Below, piece after piece: positions 12,191 to 26,143 of a stretch of DNA of 64,000 nucleotides. The notes under the pieces were generated by a model. That model worked only from the letters and a program-made list of their open reading frames with translations, was not told the origin of the DNA and did no database searches. The stretch is from Lama guanicoe. Its lineage: Eukaryota. The position numbers were made by a program, and so were the translations under genes. Position 1 is the stretch's first letter; each line of letters starts with the position of its first letter. The stretch is taken from contig MU053557.1 in the NCBI GenBank assembly GCA_013239625.1, positions 5,157,842 to 5,221,841 on the forward strand, read 5' to 3'.

Positions 12191-14555
12191 CTGGAACTCT
12201 GAGTTGCCTGATTAGTAACATGGGGACAGTGACACGTGCCCTGCAGCGTTATTATAAAAATGTGATGAGAGGATGCATATCAGGCACTTAGCGTGGCTCC
12301 TGGCATATAGAAAGTGCCTAGTAATAGCAGTGGCTTAGCCTGGGCTGTGACCTCGCTGCTCCACTGGTGGGGCCTGCGGGAGGTGGCCGGGACAGAGCTA
12401 GAAGGCTTCAAGTCAGACCTTTCTAAGAGAACTGGGTCACCCGAGGCACCCCTTCAAAAGTCTCTGTAGATAAGGAGAAGGACAGCGAAATCACTATTAA
12501 TGCAGTGCTTAATGGGTTTTAGCTTGAGAGTGGCCTCAGCCATAATCGACAAGGCTGCAGGCTGAGGTTTCTTTATTTTTATGTCCTTTATTTTATGTCA
12601 AAGTGGGTACAAAGTGAGAGTGTGGAGCTGCTCTGGGTAATCAGTAGTGCAGTAGTCATGACCACTTGGCTTTATGAGTGTTTTGTGAAGGAGGTGGCCT
12701 GGCTTTGACGGGAAGAACAGTCAGTGGATGACCCTGAGCAAATCCATTATCTTCCTCGGGCCTCAGTTTCCTTATGTGCAAAGTGAAGGAGGTGGACCAA
12801 GCAGGTCGGGAGTTCTTAGCTGTGTCTGTGAAGGCCTAGAGGTTAAGCCTAAATTCCTTGCACACACATGCATTGTGCACACATGTCCATAACTTTTATC
12901 TGGTTCTTGGCGGGGCCTCTGTCTACCAAATGGTCCATAACCACTTGCCTGGACAGCCTCTCAGCGCTGCTGAGTTCTTGGCCAGTCTTGGGTTCTGGAA
13001 CTCCAATTTAAAATTTGTTTCTGAGACTCAAGAAGCAGGTCCTACAGAGGTGGCTGCTCTAAGATACAAGAATGAGCAGGATCCGGAACAAATAGAAAGA
13101 GCTCCCCAGATTGCTTGGAGCTGGGGGCTTTGCTGGTCAGGGGGGCCCCAGCTTCCCGGCATCCTCGTGTCTCTGCTTCTGGCTCTCCCTCCTGCTCCAC
13201 ATGCCTCCAGTGGTGTCCTCCCAGCCCCACTGCCTGCCCCTCTCCTGGATGCTACACTGACTTAACCCATCTGCCTGCTTTGACACTGGCCCTACTCCCA
13301 TCACACTTGGTATAAAACCAAAAATCCCTTCCATCCCTACCTGTTCTGGCCTCTACCTGCCTCTCTCTTCTCCCTTCCACCGCTCGCTCACTGGGCTGCA
13401 GCCTCACTGGCCTTTGGTCAGTGCGCCCTGCTCTAGGCTTGGTCCCCACCTGGATCTTTGCCTTTGCTGGGTCCTCTCTGCCTGGAACCTTCTCCGCATC
13501 TTCCACTGCCTGGCTCCTCCTTCAGGTCTCAGATCAGACGTCAGCTCCTTCAGGAAGCCTTTCATGACCCCCATCTAAGTAGATTCCCCTCCCTCTCTTG
13601 TCCTCCATCAGTGCACCTTTTGTTTGGTTCCTTCATGGTACTAACAGAGTGTGTCATGAAATATTTATGTGTTTTCTTCTCCCACTTAGATGTTAACTCA
13701 TGAAGGAGAGAGCTGAGTCTTACACGTCGCAGCGCCTGGCTCATAGTAACGTTTAATAAATGCCTGCAGGCATCATGGATGGCTCAGATTTAAATGGCTG
13801 ACAGTACCAAGTGCTGGTGTGGGCACAGAGCAGTTGCAACTCCCATACAGCCACTTGGGAGAGCAATTTGGTGGTTTTTATAAAGTCGTGTATACACTTA
13901 GCATGTGACCAGCAATTCTACTCCAAGATATTTACCAAGGAAAAATAAAAACATGTCCACACAAAGACTTGTACACAGATATTACAGCCTTATTCATCAC
14001 AGTCAGAAACTCGAAACAAACCGTCATCTCTCCAGAGCGGGCAAAACCACTGCATTGCACCGTTCCCCTGGGCAGGGGAGGAGGGATGCCCCAGGAGGCG
14101 CTGCGAATCCTCACCCGAGTGACACAGTGCTTAATATTCATGGATGTTGAACACATGTGGGTTGGAGAAAGCGGGCAGCTAGGGGGCAGGTAGGCAGGGT
14201 CGGGGGTGTCCCTAGAGACAGGCTCGCTGGGTACCATGCTGCTGGCCTGAGAGCAGGGACTGGCCACTTGGGAGAACCCAGCCCTGGCGCTGCCCGTGTG
14301 TGCAGGATTTTTGCAAAACGCCAATTAAGACATTTGACCCAAATTCGGATAAAAACCTTTTTCCTGTGTCAAGTTGAGCTAATAATATACATTTATTCAT
14401 AATTTATGAGGCCTAGTAAGTGGGAACAATTAAGGAAAAGGCCTGGGCAAAACCTATTTCTCTTAAGTGTCACACAGACCTGTTTCTGTTCTCTAAGGAG
14501 GTTCCACCCATCTCTGCCTGCCATGAAACTCTGTTGTTTTGATTGTTATTATCAT

Positions 14556-14640
14556 TTTTGCTTGGAGGTACTGGGGATTGAACCCAGGACCTTATGCCTG
14601 CGAAGCATGCGCTCTCCGCAGAGCTGTTTCCCCTGCTCCC
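14556..14640 (-). mobile_element. tRNA-derived SINE (resembles the camelid Vic-1 type)
   Basis: ggaggtactggggattgaacccaggaccttatgc...gcatgcgctct...gagct, the reverse complement of pol III B/A boxes. Confidence 0.7.
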
Positions 14641-15909
14641 CCATTAGTACTTTTTATTTGTCATTACTACTCTCTACCATTTATTGAGCCCTTATCAAGC
14701 CAGGCTAGAGCATTGCCGCATTTAATATGAACTGTATGAAGCAGGTGGTGTTGTCCCATTTTACAGATGAGACAGTTGAGCTTCAGAGAGGTGAAGGGAC
14801 TTGCCCGGTTTCACAGCTGGTGAGTGGGGACCATGACTCAGGTCTGCCGTCCCCCAGTGTCTGTGGTGTTCTGTTTCTATGTCAGCCTCCCAGCCGGGGC
14901 TATTTCTGACTCTGCAAGGTAGCCTTTCTATTGGTAACTGTTGAACTCGGGAGACCAGGGTGAGGAGGGGGTCGCCTTCTGAGTCAGTAAGTCTGGGGTG
15001 AGGCCTGAGAATCTGCATGATTTCTAACAGGTTCCCGGGTGCTGCTGACACTGCCCGTCCTGGGACCACACTTGGAGTAGCTCGGATTCAGTTGGTGCTG
15101 TTAGCAGAGTCCCCCATGACTCCCTCCTGCGCCCCCACCACTGGTTTAGGGCCTCCTAGACCTCTTCCTGTGTGTTTGCACGATATTCTCATCCATACTA
15201 TCGGGAGGAATGTGCAGCTTGAGCCTCATTCTCTTTCACATGTGGGATAATATTTTACCTGCTGACACTCTGCAGTGTAGTGTCACGGAGAACTTACACA
15301 GCTGCCTCGTTCTTTTCAGCAGCGCGTAGTATTCCATGGTACAGGTGATTGGAGTTTTATTTACCTGTTATCTACCAATAGGTGGGCTTCCACACTGTAG
15401 ACATTACAGATATTCCTGGGAACATTGGTGAGTTTTTCTAGAACATAGCAATCACTCAGTGATGTCAGCCCTTGTTATTATTGCTTTTTGCTGTTTCATT
15501 TTTAATATAGAGGGATTGTTGCCTTCCAGAAGTCCCATTTCATGTGGGAGCAGTAATATAAAGGAGTAGATATCCATTTACAGGTTGTAATAAAGTTGTC
15601 AACAAAACGTTTCTGGTAAAAGAAAAGAGGTGCTACGTGGGCAGGGCTTTGAGGGATGTATAGGAGTGCAGGGGAGGAGGGGAGAGAGCAGCAGGCAGGA
15701 GGATTTGTACTGCTAGGACCTGACTTACCACCTGGTAGATTCGACATTTGCAAGTGGGTGAGGCCAATCTTTACATTTCACTTGGCAAAATTGGGCCTTG
15801 GACAAAGGTAGCCAGGTGTCCAGACTGGCAGCATCATGAGTAAAAGAGTCCCTGCTTGGGTCTAGCCAAGCTCAGCTCTGACCCACCTCCTTCCTTCCTG
15901 TCTCCTCAG

Positions 15910-16083
15910 GGTGGGGGGTCCGGGGAGGAGCAACTGTGCGCTGACTTTCCGGAGCTCGACCTCTCCCAGCTGGACGCCAGCGACTTTGACTCTGCTACCT
16001 GCTTTGAGGAGCTGCAGTGGTGCCCGGAGAACTCTGAGATTGAACCCAGCCAGTACAGCCCCGACGACTCGGAGCTCTTCCAG
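15910..16083 (+). CDS. PPARGC1B: PPARGC1B exon 2 (acidic activation domain)
   Basis: Boundaries ctcctcag|GGT...CAG|gtacgt, 174 bp. Encodes [58 protein letters not shown], recognisable as the PGC-1beta N-terminus. Confidence 0.97.
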
Positions 16084-19000
16084 GTACGTCGTCCTGGTCC
16101 TCACCGCCTCCTGCCTCGCCATGCCTCTCTCTGGCCCTGAAAGCCCGACCCTGCCCCGAGCCACCTTCTTCTGCACTTGCTCATGCAAAGAAGTCTCTTC
16201 TGCCAGCAAAGCTCCTGGGACCCTGTCTCTTGCCCTGAGTCTGAACTTGACGTTGGGCGGCTCTCGCCCCCTCACCAGGCTGTGGGTCCAGGGTTTCCCT
16301 TCCCTGTATTATCACTGAATTCTCATCCCCTACCTGTGAAGCAGGTGCGATTATTTCCCCCATTTTATAGATGAGGAAACTGAGGCTTGGAGAAGTTAGG
16401 TCATGTGCCTAGGGTGATTTACCACGTCAGTAGCTGAGCTAGATTCAAGCCCAGTTTGCCGGCCTCCTGAGCCAGAGCTTTATAGCTGACACCATGTTGG
16501 GAGTGACTCATTTGCTGAGCACCCGCTCTGTGGCAGGACTGTCCCTGTTTGTAACTCACTTAATTTTCTTAACAACTCACAGACATAAGTATAGTTACCT
16601 CCATTTTTTAGTAGGAGCTTGGAGGTTCTTTAAAAAGAGGCAGTGCACATCTATGCCTCTCGCCCGGTGTGCCCCCATTCCCAGCCTCGGAGACACATGA
16701 TGGTTGACATTTCCTTGAAGAAGGCCTCTAATATGGGGTAATATGATGTCTGCAATTTGCTGCAGAGTGAAGCAATCTCTGCATGCACTTGCATGTGTGG
16801 CTGTGCGGCGTGGAGAGCCATAGATGAAGTAAGATTGGCCGTGTTGAAGCTGGGTAATGGGTACATTTGGACTTATTATTCTTTCCTTAAAATATGTTTC
16901 CCTGTAAAGATTAGGGGAAGAAGCCACAGTTCCCTGTGCCTGTCTGGCAATATAATCATAATAATAGCAACAACAAAATACCATGTGGCAAATGCTGTGT
17001 CAGTGTGCTGTGAGCAGCACAAATAGTCCTCCTGGTGGACTGTGTCGTTCCTTCTAGAAATGTTTATGGAGTGCCCTCTCTGGGTCAGACACCGTGATCA
17101 TCAGTGGACTCTGTGGTCCAGAGGGGAGACTGACCCTGGATCAGTTAACACAGAAACAGTGGTAACCTGTGACATGGGCACAGTAAGAACAAATCTGAAG
17201 TGAGAAGAGGATCTAAAGACTGGGTGGGCAGGAAAGGCCTTTCTGAAGAGGAGACGCTTCAGGGGAGGACGAGAAGGAGGAGCCACGTGCAGATTGCATA
17301 GCCACACGGGCTGTGTTGGGGAAGGGCTATGTTGGGGAACCGCAGGGCTGGAGGGTAGTGGCTAAGGGGAAAATGGCAGGAAATGCTTGGGGGTGGGGGT
17401 GGGGCAGCTAGGCAGGGGCCCGACCCTGCAGGGTCTTCTGGGCCATTAGTTGGATTTTTGGGTTAAGGAGCTGGATTTTTCCCAAGATTATTCTAACCTA
17501 TAAATAAAAGGCTATTAATAACCCATTTTACAGGTGACAAAAATGATGCTCAGAGAGGTTAAGTAACTTGCCCAAGGCCACACAGTTAGGAAAGGTCAGA
17601 GTGAAGACTCTAACCAAGGAACCCAAGCCCCTCGCTGTCTGTCATATAGCCTCTCTGTCAACCCTGTGAGGATCAACAGGGCTGGGCTCGAGTTCTGGCT
17701 CCTTTCAGGACCTCCATTCTTGATCTCAGCAGTGGAGTTAATTAACTACACTAAGCTACTGTGTCCCCTCAGAGGGGGCAACTTCCAGAAAATGTTTTCA
17801 GGTTATGGAGAGCTGGTGAGCGAGAGGGGTTTAGATGCTGCGTGGAGACCATCCCCACCTAAACTGTACCGGCCCCCTTCACGCAGACAGGCCAGGCACT
17901 CGCAAGCTTCTGCCAAAATCCTACTGTATGCATGAAGTGGACTCAGACACACATCAGCCTGGTGTGGCCCTTGGGCTCTTAGCACCAGGAAGGCAGAAGA
18001 ATCTTCACAGGTGGTTAGGACAGCGGCACAACCCTGCTCACCCAGCCCCTCTCCCCTTCATGGCCTGCACTTCACACCTGCTCTTCCAAGACGAGGCCAG
18101 CTCCACCCACTACACACCTCTGTGTGTGTGATGATGTGATTAGTGCCTGATTCCTCCTCCCCCACCCTCAGCCCTCCATCATAAACCCCCTGGGCGTGGG
18201 GGCCACTACAGTGTTGTACATTGTTTTATTCCCAGGGCTCTGCAGGAGCCTGGCACTTTCTTGGGACTTGACAAATGTTCATCAGATGAATACATCTTTT
18301 GACACTCAGCTCTTGTTAGCTCCTCTAAGGCAGGTGGTCAGTCACTTCCTCTCCTGGGCTCCCAGCCCGTGTGTGCATGTGCATGTGACCTTCAGACTTT
18401 AAGTTCCTTGGGGACAGACAGCATTTTGTTCTCTTGTGGGGCCTTTGCACATTGTAGAGACTCAATCATATGTGTGAAATGGAGAAACTGATTATAATTT
18501 TTCTTTCCAGCCGAGGATCAGGCATGACCCATTCCAAAATCCTTGAGCTGGGATTCAGGAATCAGAGGTTCTAATCCCACCCCCACCCCCCGCCACTAGC
18601 TGGAACAGAGCTGTCATCTGACCAGTGGCAAGTCATAGAGCCATGCTGCCTTGTGTCTGAGCCATGTTCCAACAGTCAGGTGGCACCATTGCCATGGAAA
18701 CAGGGAGAGTGGAGAACAGCTACCATTACAAGGTTTGACAACTGCTCAGGGGCAGGGACAGTGCCTCCCGTTCCTCTGTGTGCCCAGAGTCCCAGGGCCA
18801 GGGCCACAATAGGCTAAATTTAGTATCTTTGGAGGAAGCAGACGTTTGGTTATTCTGTCACCATGTGCTGTATGGCCTTGGGCAAGTAGCTCCCTGTGGC
18901 TGGGCCTCAGTTTCCCCACGTGAGCAATGAGCATGGATTAGATCAGTGGTTCTTAATCTGTTGTGGGGAGAGAGTCACTGGGCTCTTGCAGACTCTGACG

Positions 19001-22000
19001 GCATCTTTGACATTCCCCTTCCCCAGCCCAAAAAGGGGAAGGGAGCCTGATTTCCTGGGTTTCCTGAACCCCAGTTAAACCTCCAAATGACGGAGGATTT
19101 CTGAGTGTTCTTCTGGCCCTGCTAGTGTGACATCTGTGTCTTACAGAATTCGCTCAGAATGAAGGCGCTCAGAATGAAGCATTCTCCCTCTGATTTCTTG
19201 AAGGCTCCTTTGCCTCCAGCCTGAGAAGAAAGGTTGGGGGTGGGGCTGAGTCTATTAATATCTCTTCCTCGGCTGATTAACTCTCCATTAATTTGCACTC
19301 CCATTTCCAAGCAGAGCTGGGAGAACCGGGCTAATGGGCCTGGGAAGAGGAGAGGGGTGGTGGGGCCCCTGTGCTGGATTATCCTAGGGTGCCGATGGGA
19401 CGATGCTGAGGACAGGAAGGGCCTTTCTTCCCAGCTAGGGTCAGGGCCTCCAACCTCGCCTGGCTGTTCCAGAGCCAGAGCAGCCCAGAGAGGGCTGAGG
19501 GGAAGAGCCGGGAGGCCTTCTGCTAGTCATTTTGTTTTTACTTAACCTGTTGGGGGCTCCTTGGGGTTCTCTGCCAACTTGTATTCATTTCAGCACTGCG
19601 CCTGGCACCTGGTAAGGTCTTGACCACCCTCCCCACCCACTCCCGACCTGCTGTGTGACTTTGACAAGTCTCTTCCTAGACCTTCATTCCGCTACCCGCA
19701 AAAGAATGGCAGATAGGCTTCCTCCTGAGCTCCAGCCGAGGGGGATCTGTGGTGCTGCCTGGAGGGCTGTGTCATGAAAGATGCTGGCGTGGAAGGAAGG
19801 AGAGGCCCAACTGGTTATCGACACGGGGGAGCAGCAGCACGCAGGCAGCGAATTTAACATCCCTGGTCACTATGTGATCCCTGGGGGCCCGTCCAGCTCT
19901 GGTATTTGCGATAATTCAGAGTATCTCTGGGCCACACTCCTCTCCCTGTGAAGGAAGGGAACCCTCCCTCATTCCAACCAGTGCTGATGACTTCATTTCT
20001 GAATAACTGCCCTCTGGAATCTGTTCTTTGAGACACTCATCTCCGCCTCTCCCCGTGATCAGAGTTCATTTTTTGGTTCATTCATTCTTCCATTCAACAC
20101 ATCTGCCTTGGGCCTCCCATGCCGTGGGCACTGAGCTAGGCACAGGAACATTTCACAGAGCCCTTGTGACACTGCCTCCAGACCGGCTGTCCTAGTAACC
20201 CTTGGAGGGAAACCAACCAGGGATCACACGCCTTCCTGTTCACTGTAAAGCAGCAAGGCTTGGAGGGAAGACAGAAACTACTTGCCCAAGATCCCCCTTT
20301 CAGTGGCAAAGCCCCACATGGTCAGCCCCAAGAGTGGTCCTTGGGTCTCAGGTCCCAAGATCTTAACTCCCCATCAGGCTGGACAAATTGCGTTGGGATC
20401 ACAGGGTTGGGTGTCTGGCCTGAGGATGGGGGTGGGGAGCCATCAGGTGAGCCCCATTGCTTTCCCGAGCCACAGTCCCTGAGCCTGGATCAGCCCTTGG
20501 ATCCCCAGCCTCAGGGCATGGGTCAGGCCCAACCAAAACCTTCTTTTGACCTTTCTTTTATTCTTAACTCTGTTCCAAAAATTGCAAATGCTTTTGTTCT
20601 CTTCTCCCCATGTGCTCCCCCCCTTTGAATTACTCAGCTGCTACTCCGGCTGCAAGGCCTGGAACAGATTTAGTGCGGCCCAAAGGCCGTCACGAGATGC
20701 GTGTTTCAGATGAGCTTCCTGAAGAAAGGATAAACAGCCTGACTTGCTATGGGAAAGAGTGCTGGGGAAGGCATCACGTGACAGCTAACTCCTGCCAGAA
20801 CAAGCCCAGCAGCCAGGATTTACTAAATGAGGCGCTCGGCGCCTCACCTAGAAGCAGTGTGATCTCCGTGGCCCAGGGCCGGTGGGCTGGTGTCTGTGGG
20901 TGGGCTGGGAGGGTGCACACTGACCCTCGTGTTCTAGATCTGGGACATTAGGGAAGGAGGTACCTCTGCTCATCCCTGTGCTGTGCTCCGTGTAAGTCTC
21001 ACCTCTGCCCCTGATTTGCTGTGTGACGCTGGACATGTTAGTCAACCTCCCTGAGCCTCAGTTTCCTCAAATGCAAAATGGAGATTAAACTAGTACCCCT
21101 CCCCATAGAGGTTATTGTGGGGCTTACCTGAGGCAGTATTTACAAAGCCTTTCTGTTCCTCTCATTGGCCAGATTCTTTGTCCCTGGCCTTGGCGTTAGG
21201 TTTTCCCTCTGCCTGGAATCTTCTTTCCTCAGCTCTTTGCCTGGCTGGTACCATCTCATCTTTCAAGCCTGTATTTCAGTATTAGCTGCTCAGAGCAGCC
21301 TTCTCAGGCCACTGTAAGTAGCCTATGAATCTTCACCATGTTCTTATGCTCCAGCACAGCTTCCTTTTCTTTTTCTCTCAGGCTTTCTCACTCTCTGAAA
21401 CAGTCTGGTTTGTCTCCTTGTTTAACTCTTCTCCACTGGAGAGTAAGCTCCGTGAGGGCTGGGGCTACCAGTCTCGGCACGCTGTGTCACCAGTGCCGAG
21501 ACAGCGCCAGGCACAGAGTGGCCATTCAGTACGTGTGTGTGAGGGAAGAAGAGGGAGAAATTGCCCACCACCACCATCATCTTCATCATATCATCATCAG
21601 CATAACAGGAATTGGAGAAGAAGGAGCAATAACTGCTTATTATGTGCTGGGCACTGTTTTCTAAGCATCTTTCATATGTTAACTCATTCAGTCCTCAGCA
21701 GTAACCTTATGAAGTAGGTTATCTTGTAACAGCTGATAAGTGTGAGATCTGGGACTCAGCCCCAGCTTCAGGGCCCGAGCTCCTAGGCTATCACACTAAC
21801 CACCTCCCCGTGAGTGAGTGAGGCAGCCCTGAGAACCCGCAGAGGAAGGGTAGCTGTTTTCCTATTGCTCTGGTTGTCACTGTCACGGTTGCACCTTGAA
21901 GCTTCCAGTCTTTCCACCACCTGGCCGGGCCAGGGTCAGAGAGGCAGGGGTCTGCAATGGCCTGGGGCTACCAGTGGCATAGTCCAGCCTCAGGGCTGTG

Positions 22001-22346
22001 TCCAGGGGTTGGATGCAGGAGGCTGTGGTGTGAGGCGACTGTCCTTGGAGGAGGGGACAGACATCCCTCATGTGCACAGCCCTAGGAGCAGAGCCCAGGC
22101 TAGGACCCCTAGGGCCAGGCCCTTTCTGATACTGCCTGCTGCCTGCATGGAAACTTCTGTGATTCTTGGAGTCCGTAACACATTTCTTGTGCATCTGCTC
22201 TCCCAGCAAACTGAGAGGATCTGAGGGGGTTGGCGGGAGGGTGATGGCGGTGCAGCTGCAGGTACAGAGCAGATTTCTACACAAAGACACTGAGCCCAAG
22301 GCGTTGACTAACTGTGTCCCCTCTCTCCCTCTCTGCTCACTTCAAG

Positions 22347-22562
22347 ATAATCGACAGTGAGAATGAGGCCCTCCTGGCAGCGCTCACGAAGACCCTGGAT
22401 GACATCCCCGAAGATGACGTGGGTCTGGCCGCCTTCCCAGGCCTGGATGATGGAGACGCACCTTCCTGCACTTCTGCTTCTCCTACCCCTTCACCTGCGC
22501 CCCCCAGCCCCTCCCTGGAGAGGCCCCTCGCCCCAGCCCCTGAGGTGGACGAGCTCTCGCTG
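22347..22562 (+). CDS. PPARGC1B: PPARGC1B exon 3
   Basis: Boundaries ttcaag|ATA...CTG|gtaaga, 216 bp. Encodes [31 protein letters not shown]...PEVDELSL. Confidence 0.94.
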
Positions 22563-25228
22563 GTAAGAACCTGTTTCCAGCTGAAGTGATGGTGGCAGCC
22601 TAGGACGCGGTGTCTGGTGGTAGGGATGGTGGGTGCAGAGAATCTAGCTCAAGCCCCTGCAGGGGCCTCCGGACGTCACCAGCAAGGGTTCACGGCAGAC
22701 AGCCTGGACTGGCCGCGGGAGGCCTCCCTGGGCTTTACCTGCACTCTGTAGGCCCTTTGGGATTTCTTGGATTGACCCTAAGTGTGTTTTAAACCCTTGG
22801 AATTGCATGTAGACATCTTCCTAAAGGTTATACATGCAACACACAGTACAAATTCAAGCAGGAAATATGGAGAGTTAAAGGCAAACCTCTTTACCCACCT
22901 CACACTTGCTTTTTCCGTCCCTAGAAGTAACCATGGTTACTGATCTGTTATGTGATTTTCCTCTTCTACCTTTTTTTTTACTACAAAAGGGAGTCTCCAT
23001 TATACACTGTTCTGCACCTTGCTTTTCTCAGTGAACTATGTGTCTCGGAAACTTCCAGATGAGCAGAGGTGGCTCTGTTTTATCTTCTTTGTTGGCTGCA
23101 TAATGTTCCTTCATAAGGATATACCGTTACTTCTTTAACCAGTCCCCTGGTCGGTGAATGTTTACATGTTTCAACTCCTTTATTGTTCCGTGCTGTAGTC
23201 TGTGTCTGGCACAGGCCTTTGCCATGTGTAAATGGATGAAGTCCTAGAAAAGGGGTTCCTGGGTCTTAGGATATGTGGTTTTTCAGTTTAGACAAATACT
23301 TCTAGCTTGTCCTCTAAAGAGGTTGGACCAGTTCGTACTTCCACCAGCAAAAGTTAAATGCAGAGTGTATGTGGAATGTGGAAATGTGTACACGGAATTG
23401 CAGATTTCTGGGGAGAAGGTCTCAGCTTTTCTCAGGTACCCAAAGGGATCTGGACCTCAGAAGTTGCTGAAAGCTGTTGCCCTTGACTCAGGCTAAGAGT
23501 GCCAGGAGCCCAGATATCCTGGCTTGTGAAATCCAGCTTTGCTCACCTGTCTGGGGCTCCTCACCTCGGTGCTGCAGCTCCTAGGGGCTGGCAAGACTCA
23601 GCCAGAAAATCAGCCTGTTGGAGCTGGTGACCATCAAGTGCATTCTGGGGAAATTGAGGCCTAGAGTGGGGAGGGCCTCTCCCAAGGTCACACAGCAAGT
23701 CAGTGAAGACTAGAACCCAGGTATTCTAACTCCTGGTCCAGGACCCCTTTCCCTCTTTCCCACTGCCTTTAGGTTCCCCAAAGCAGGGTAAAACATTTAG
23801 TAAGGACCTGTGTGTGCTGGACACAAGGGTATGTTCAGTTCCACATCGTGGCTCCTGCTGATGAGGGTCGTGCTTCCTTTCAGACTAGAATCTGACCGCC
23901 TGAGTTTGAATGCCAGCCCCACCAATGAATGCTTGTGTGGCCCTTAGGCACCTAGCCTCTCTCTGACTCAGCTTCCTGGTCTACAAGGTGGGGTTAATAA
24001 TAGTGCTTATCTCAAAGGCGGTTGGGAGGAGTACAACAGATAATACATGAAAAGCACTTAGAACTGTGCTTGGCACAAAGAAGTGGCTCAATAAATGCTA
24101 TCTACTTAACAGTCCGTAGTAGTCGTAGTTTGTAACCAGAGGAATTCTGCGTGGGGCTTTGGAAAGCCACGCCGTGAAGAGGCAGAGAGCGACCCCTGCT
24201 GGTCACTGATTGTTCCCTCACGCCTTAGACTGCACTTCTGTTTCAGGCACTGTGCTAGGCACATAGGAAACAGACTCACCATCTAGACTCCCAGCATCCC
24301 AACAGAGTCCTGGAAAGGCCCTGAGAATTTATACAGACACCTGATGCTTAACCTGGAATCATGGGTCCCAGAGAGTCCACCTCTGGACTGACGGGGACCC
24401 ATGGACCTCTCCATAAATATCTGTGTTTTTTCTGAGGTCAGCAATTTCTGTTATATTCCTAGAAGGACCCCTGAGTCCCCCCCCCCAAAAAAAAGTTTAT
24501 CCACTCATTTAGTTGGCCTGCCCCTGTTTTGTACACACACACATACATATATACCACCTTGGAGAAACCAAGGCCGGGAGAGAGTAAGGACTCACCCACA
24601 GTCTCCCAGTGAGTTGAGGCAGAGCTGGATCAGAACCAGGTCCCTTTTCTCTAGTCCAGGTTTTTCTTTTCCAGTCCACATCAAAGAATCACAGGCATGC
24701 ATGTGTTGGTCTAGGGTCTAGGTAGGGTGGTGTGGGTCCTCCAGCTCCTAGGGGAGTAGGGAGTGGCCTTCTCTCTGGTTCCTGGGTCTTTGGCAATCCT
24801 CGCTGGGTGACCTGGGGAGAGTGTCCCCCGAGGAAACACTCAGTGCTATAGCAAAAGTCCATCACGCTTCCTGACTTGTTCTCAGCCTTGGCTGTGGTAG
24901 GGTGCCTGGTGAAACTCCCAGGCGCACTCAGCGCCCTGCTCTCTCAGCTGGGATATGCTGAGCACCTGCCCTCCAGGTGCAGAAGTGTAAGAGACTCAGC
25001 AACTTTTACAGAAAAAATAGAAAATCTAGACCTGCTCAAGTGTAGTGTGCTTATGCTTGTGTAAAAACAGCTGTCTGAGTTGGAGGTGATGTGTACATAT
25101 ATATTCTTCCATGATCGAATTCCATGTCATGATAGGGCCACGAGAAAGCAGTTAACAGGTGTTGCCTCTGGGACCTTGGACAGGAGGGAGACTTGCTTCT
25201 AATTGTCCACCCATTAGTATTTGGGAGG

Positions 25229-25252
25229 TATATATATATATATATATATATA
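25229..25252. repeat. (TA)n microsatellite
   Basis: About 12 TA units. Confidence 0.9.
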
Positions 25253-25820
25253 TTACCATTTGTAAGTATTACTTATTTAATGTAAGAAATTAATTCTCAA
25301 AACAATGTGAATAAGCAAAAAGAAATCAGCTGAAATCCTACACTAAAGAATCATTGTGGGGCCTAACTGTCCAGATTGTGTGTGCATGCGTGGTGTATGT
25401 GCATGTGTGTGTGTGTGCGCGCGTGTGTGTATTACAAGTATATACAAAGTGTCTGAATCAAGTGTACGCATCATATTTCAACAGAATGGGCAGGCATCAC
25501 CCAAGATCTCTTTGGGTTTCTCAAAATCACAGATATTCATTCCTCTTGGGTTATTATCTCTGAAAAGGATTTATATTTTATTAGGATCCCTGTGTGTGTT
25601 TGGAATTGTTAGACAACTTGCTTTCTGTACTTAATATGTTGGGAACATGTTCTAGGTTACTAACTGTTCCCCCCCCCAGTATTCTTCCACAGTGATGATG
25701 AGAGTCAGGGCATGGTCAGTCCTGAGGGGCTAGCTCTGGGCCGGGCTTCTCCCCGAGATGTGCTTCCTCGGGTCTCTGGCTGCGTCTCAGCCCCAGCTCC
25801 TCTCTCTGCTCCTCCCACAG

Positions 25821-25937
25821 CTGCAGAAACTCCTCCTCGCCACGTCGTACCCAACCTCAGCCTCCGACACCCAGAAGGAAGGGACCATCTGGCGCCAGGC
25901 AAGCCTCAGGTCCAAAAGTCAGCGGCCTTGTGTCAAG
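25821..25937 (+). CDS. PPARGC1B: PPARGC1B exon 4 (LXXLL box LQKLL; frame-preserving 117 bp)
   Basis: Boundaries cccacag|CTG...AAG|gtattt. Encodes [39 protein letters not shown]. Confidence 0.96.
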
Positions 25938-26143
25938 GTATTTCTGCCTATGCCCCCAAGCCCACCCGGCCTCCGGGGGGCGCTGGGCGTGCACCCTTCC
26001 GTTCTCGTTCGAGGGTATCAAGGTCATTTACTTCCACTTTCCCTTCTTGTTCCTCACACAACCCTTGAAACTGATGTTCTGGGCGCTGCTTGAGACCCAG
26101 GCCAGTCTGAGGTTCTAGAAAGAGTCCTGAACTTCTTCCTGCA

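Noticed and set aside
1..15909. miR-378, known to lie in PPARGC1B intron 1
   Set aside because: The mature sequence ACTGGACTTGGAGTCAGAAGG was not seen. It should lie near exon 1, upstream of this window.
22341..22352. AAG acceptor and extra Ile (IIDSEN) at exon 3
   Set aside because: In frame and probably a simple one-codon indel relative to human. I cannot show it is unusual without an alignment.
23680..23700. Many CAAGGTCA/TGACCTTG motifs (for example 23684, 34463, 35586, 61365)
   Set aside because: They are part of the MIR core consensus (cccaaggtcacacagc) and are expected by descent.
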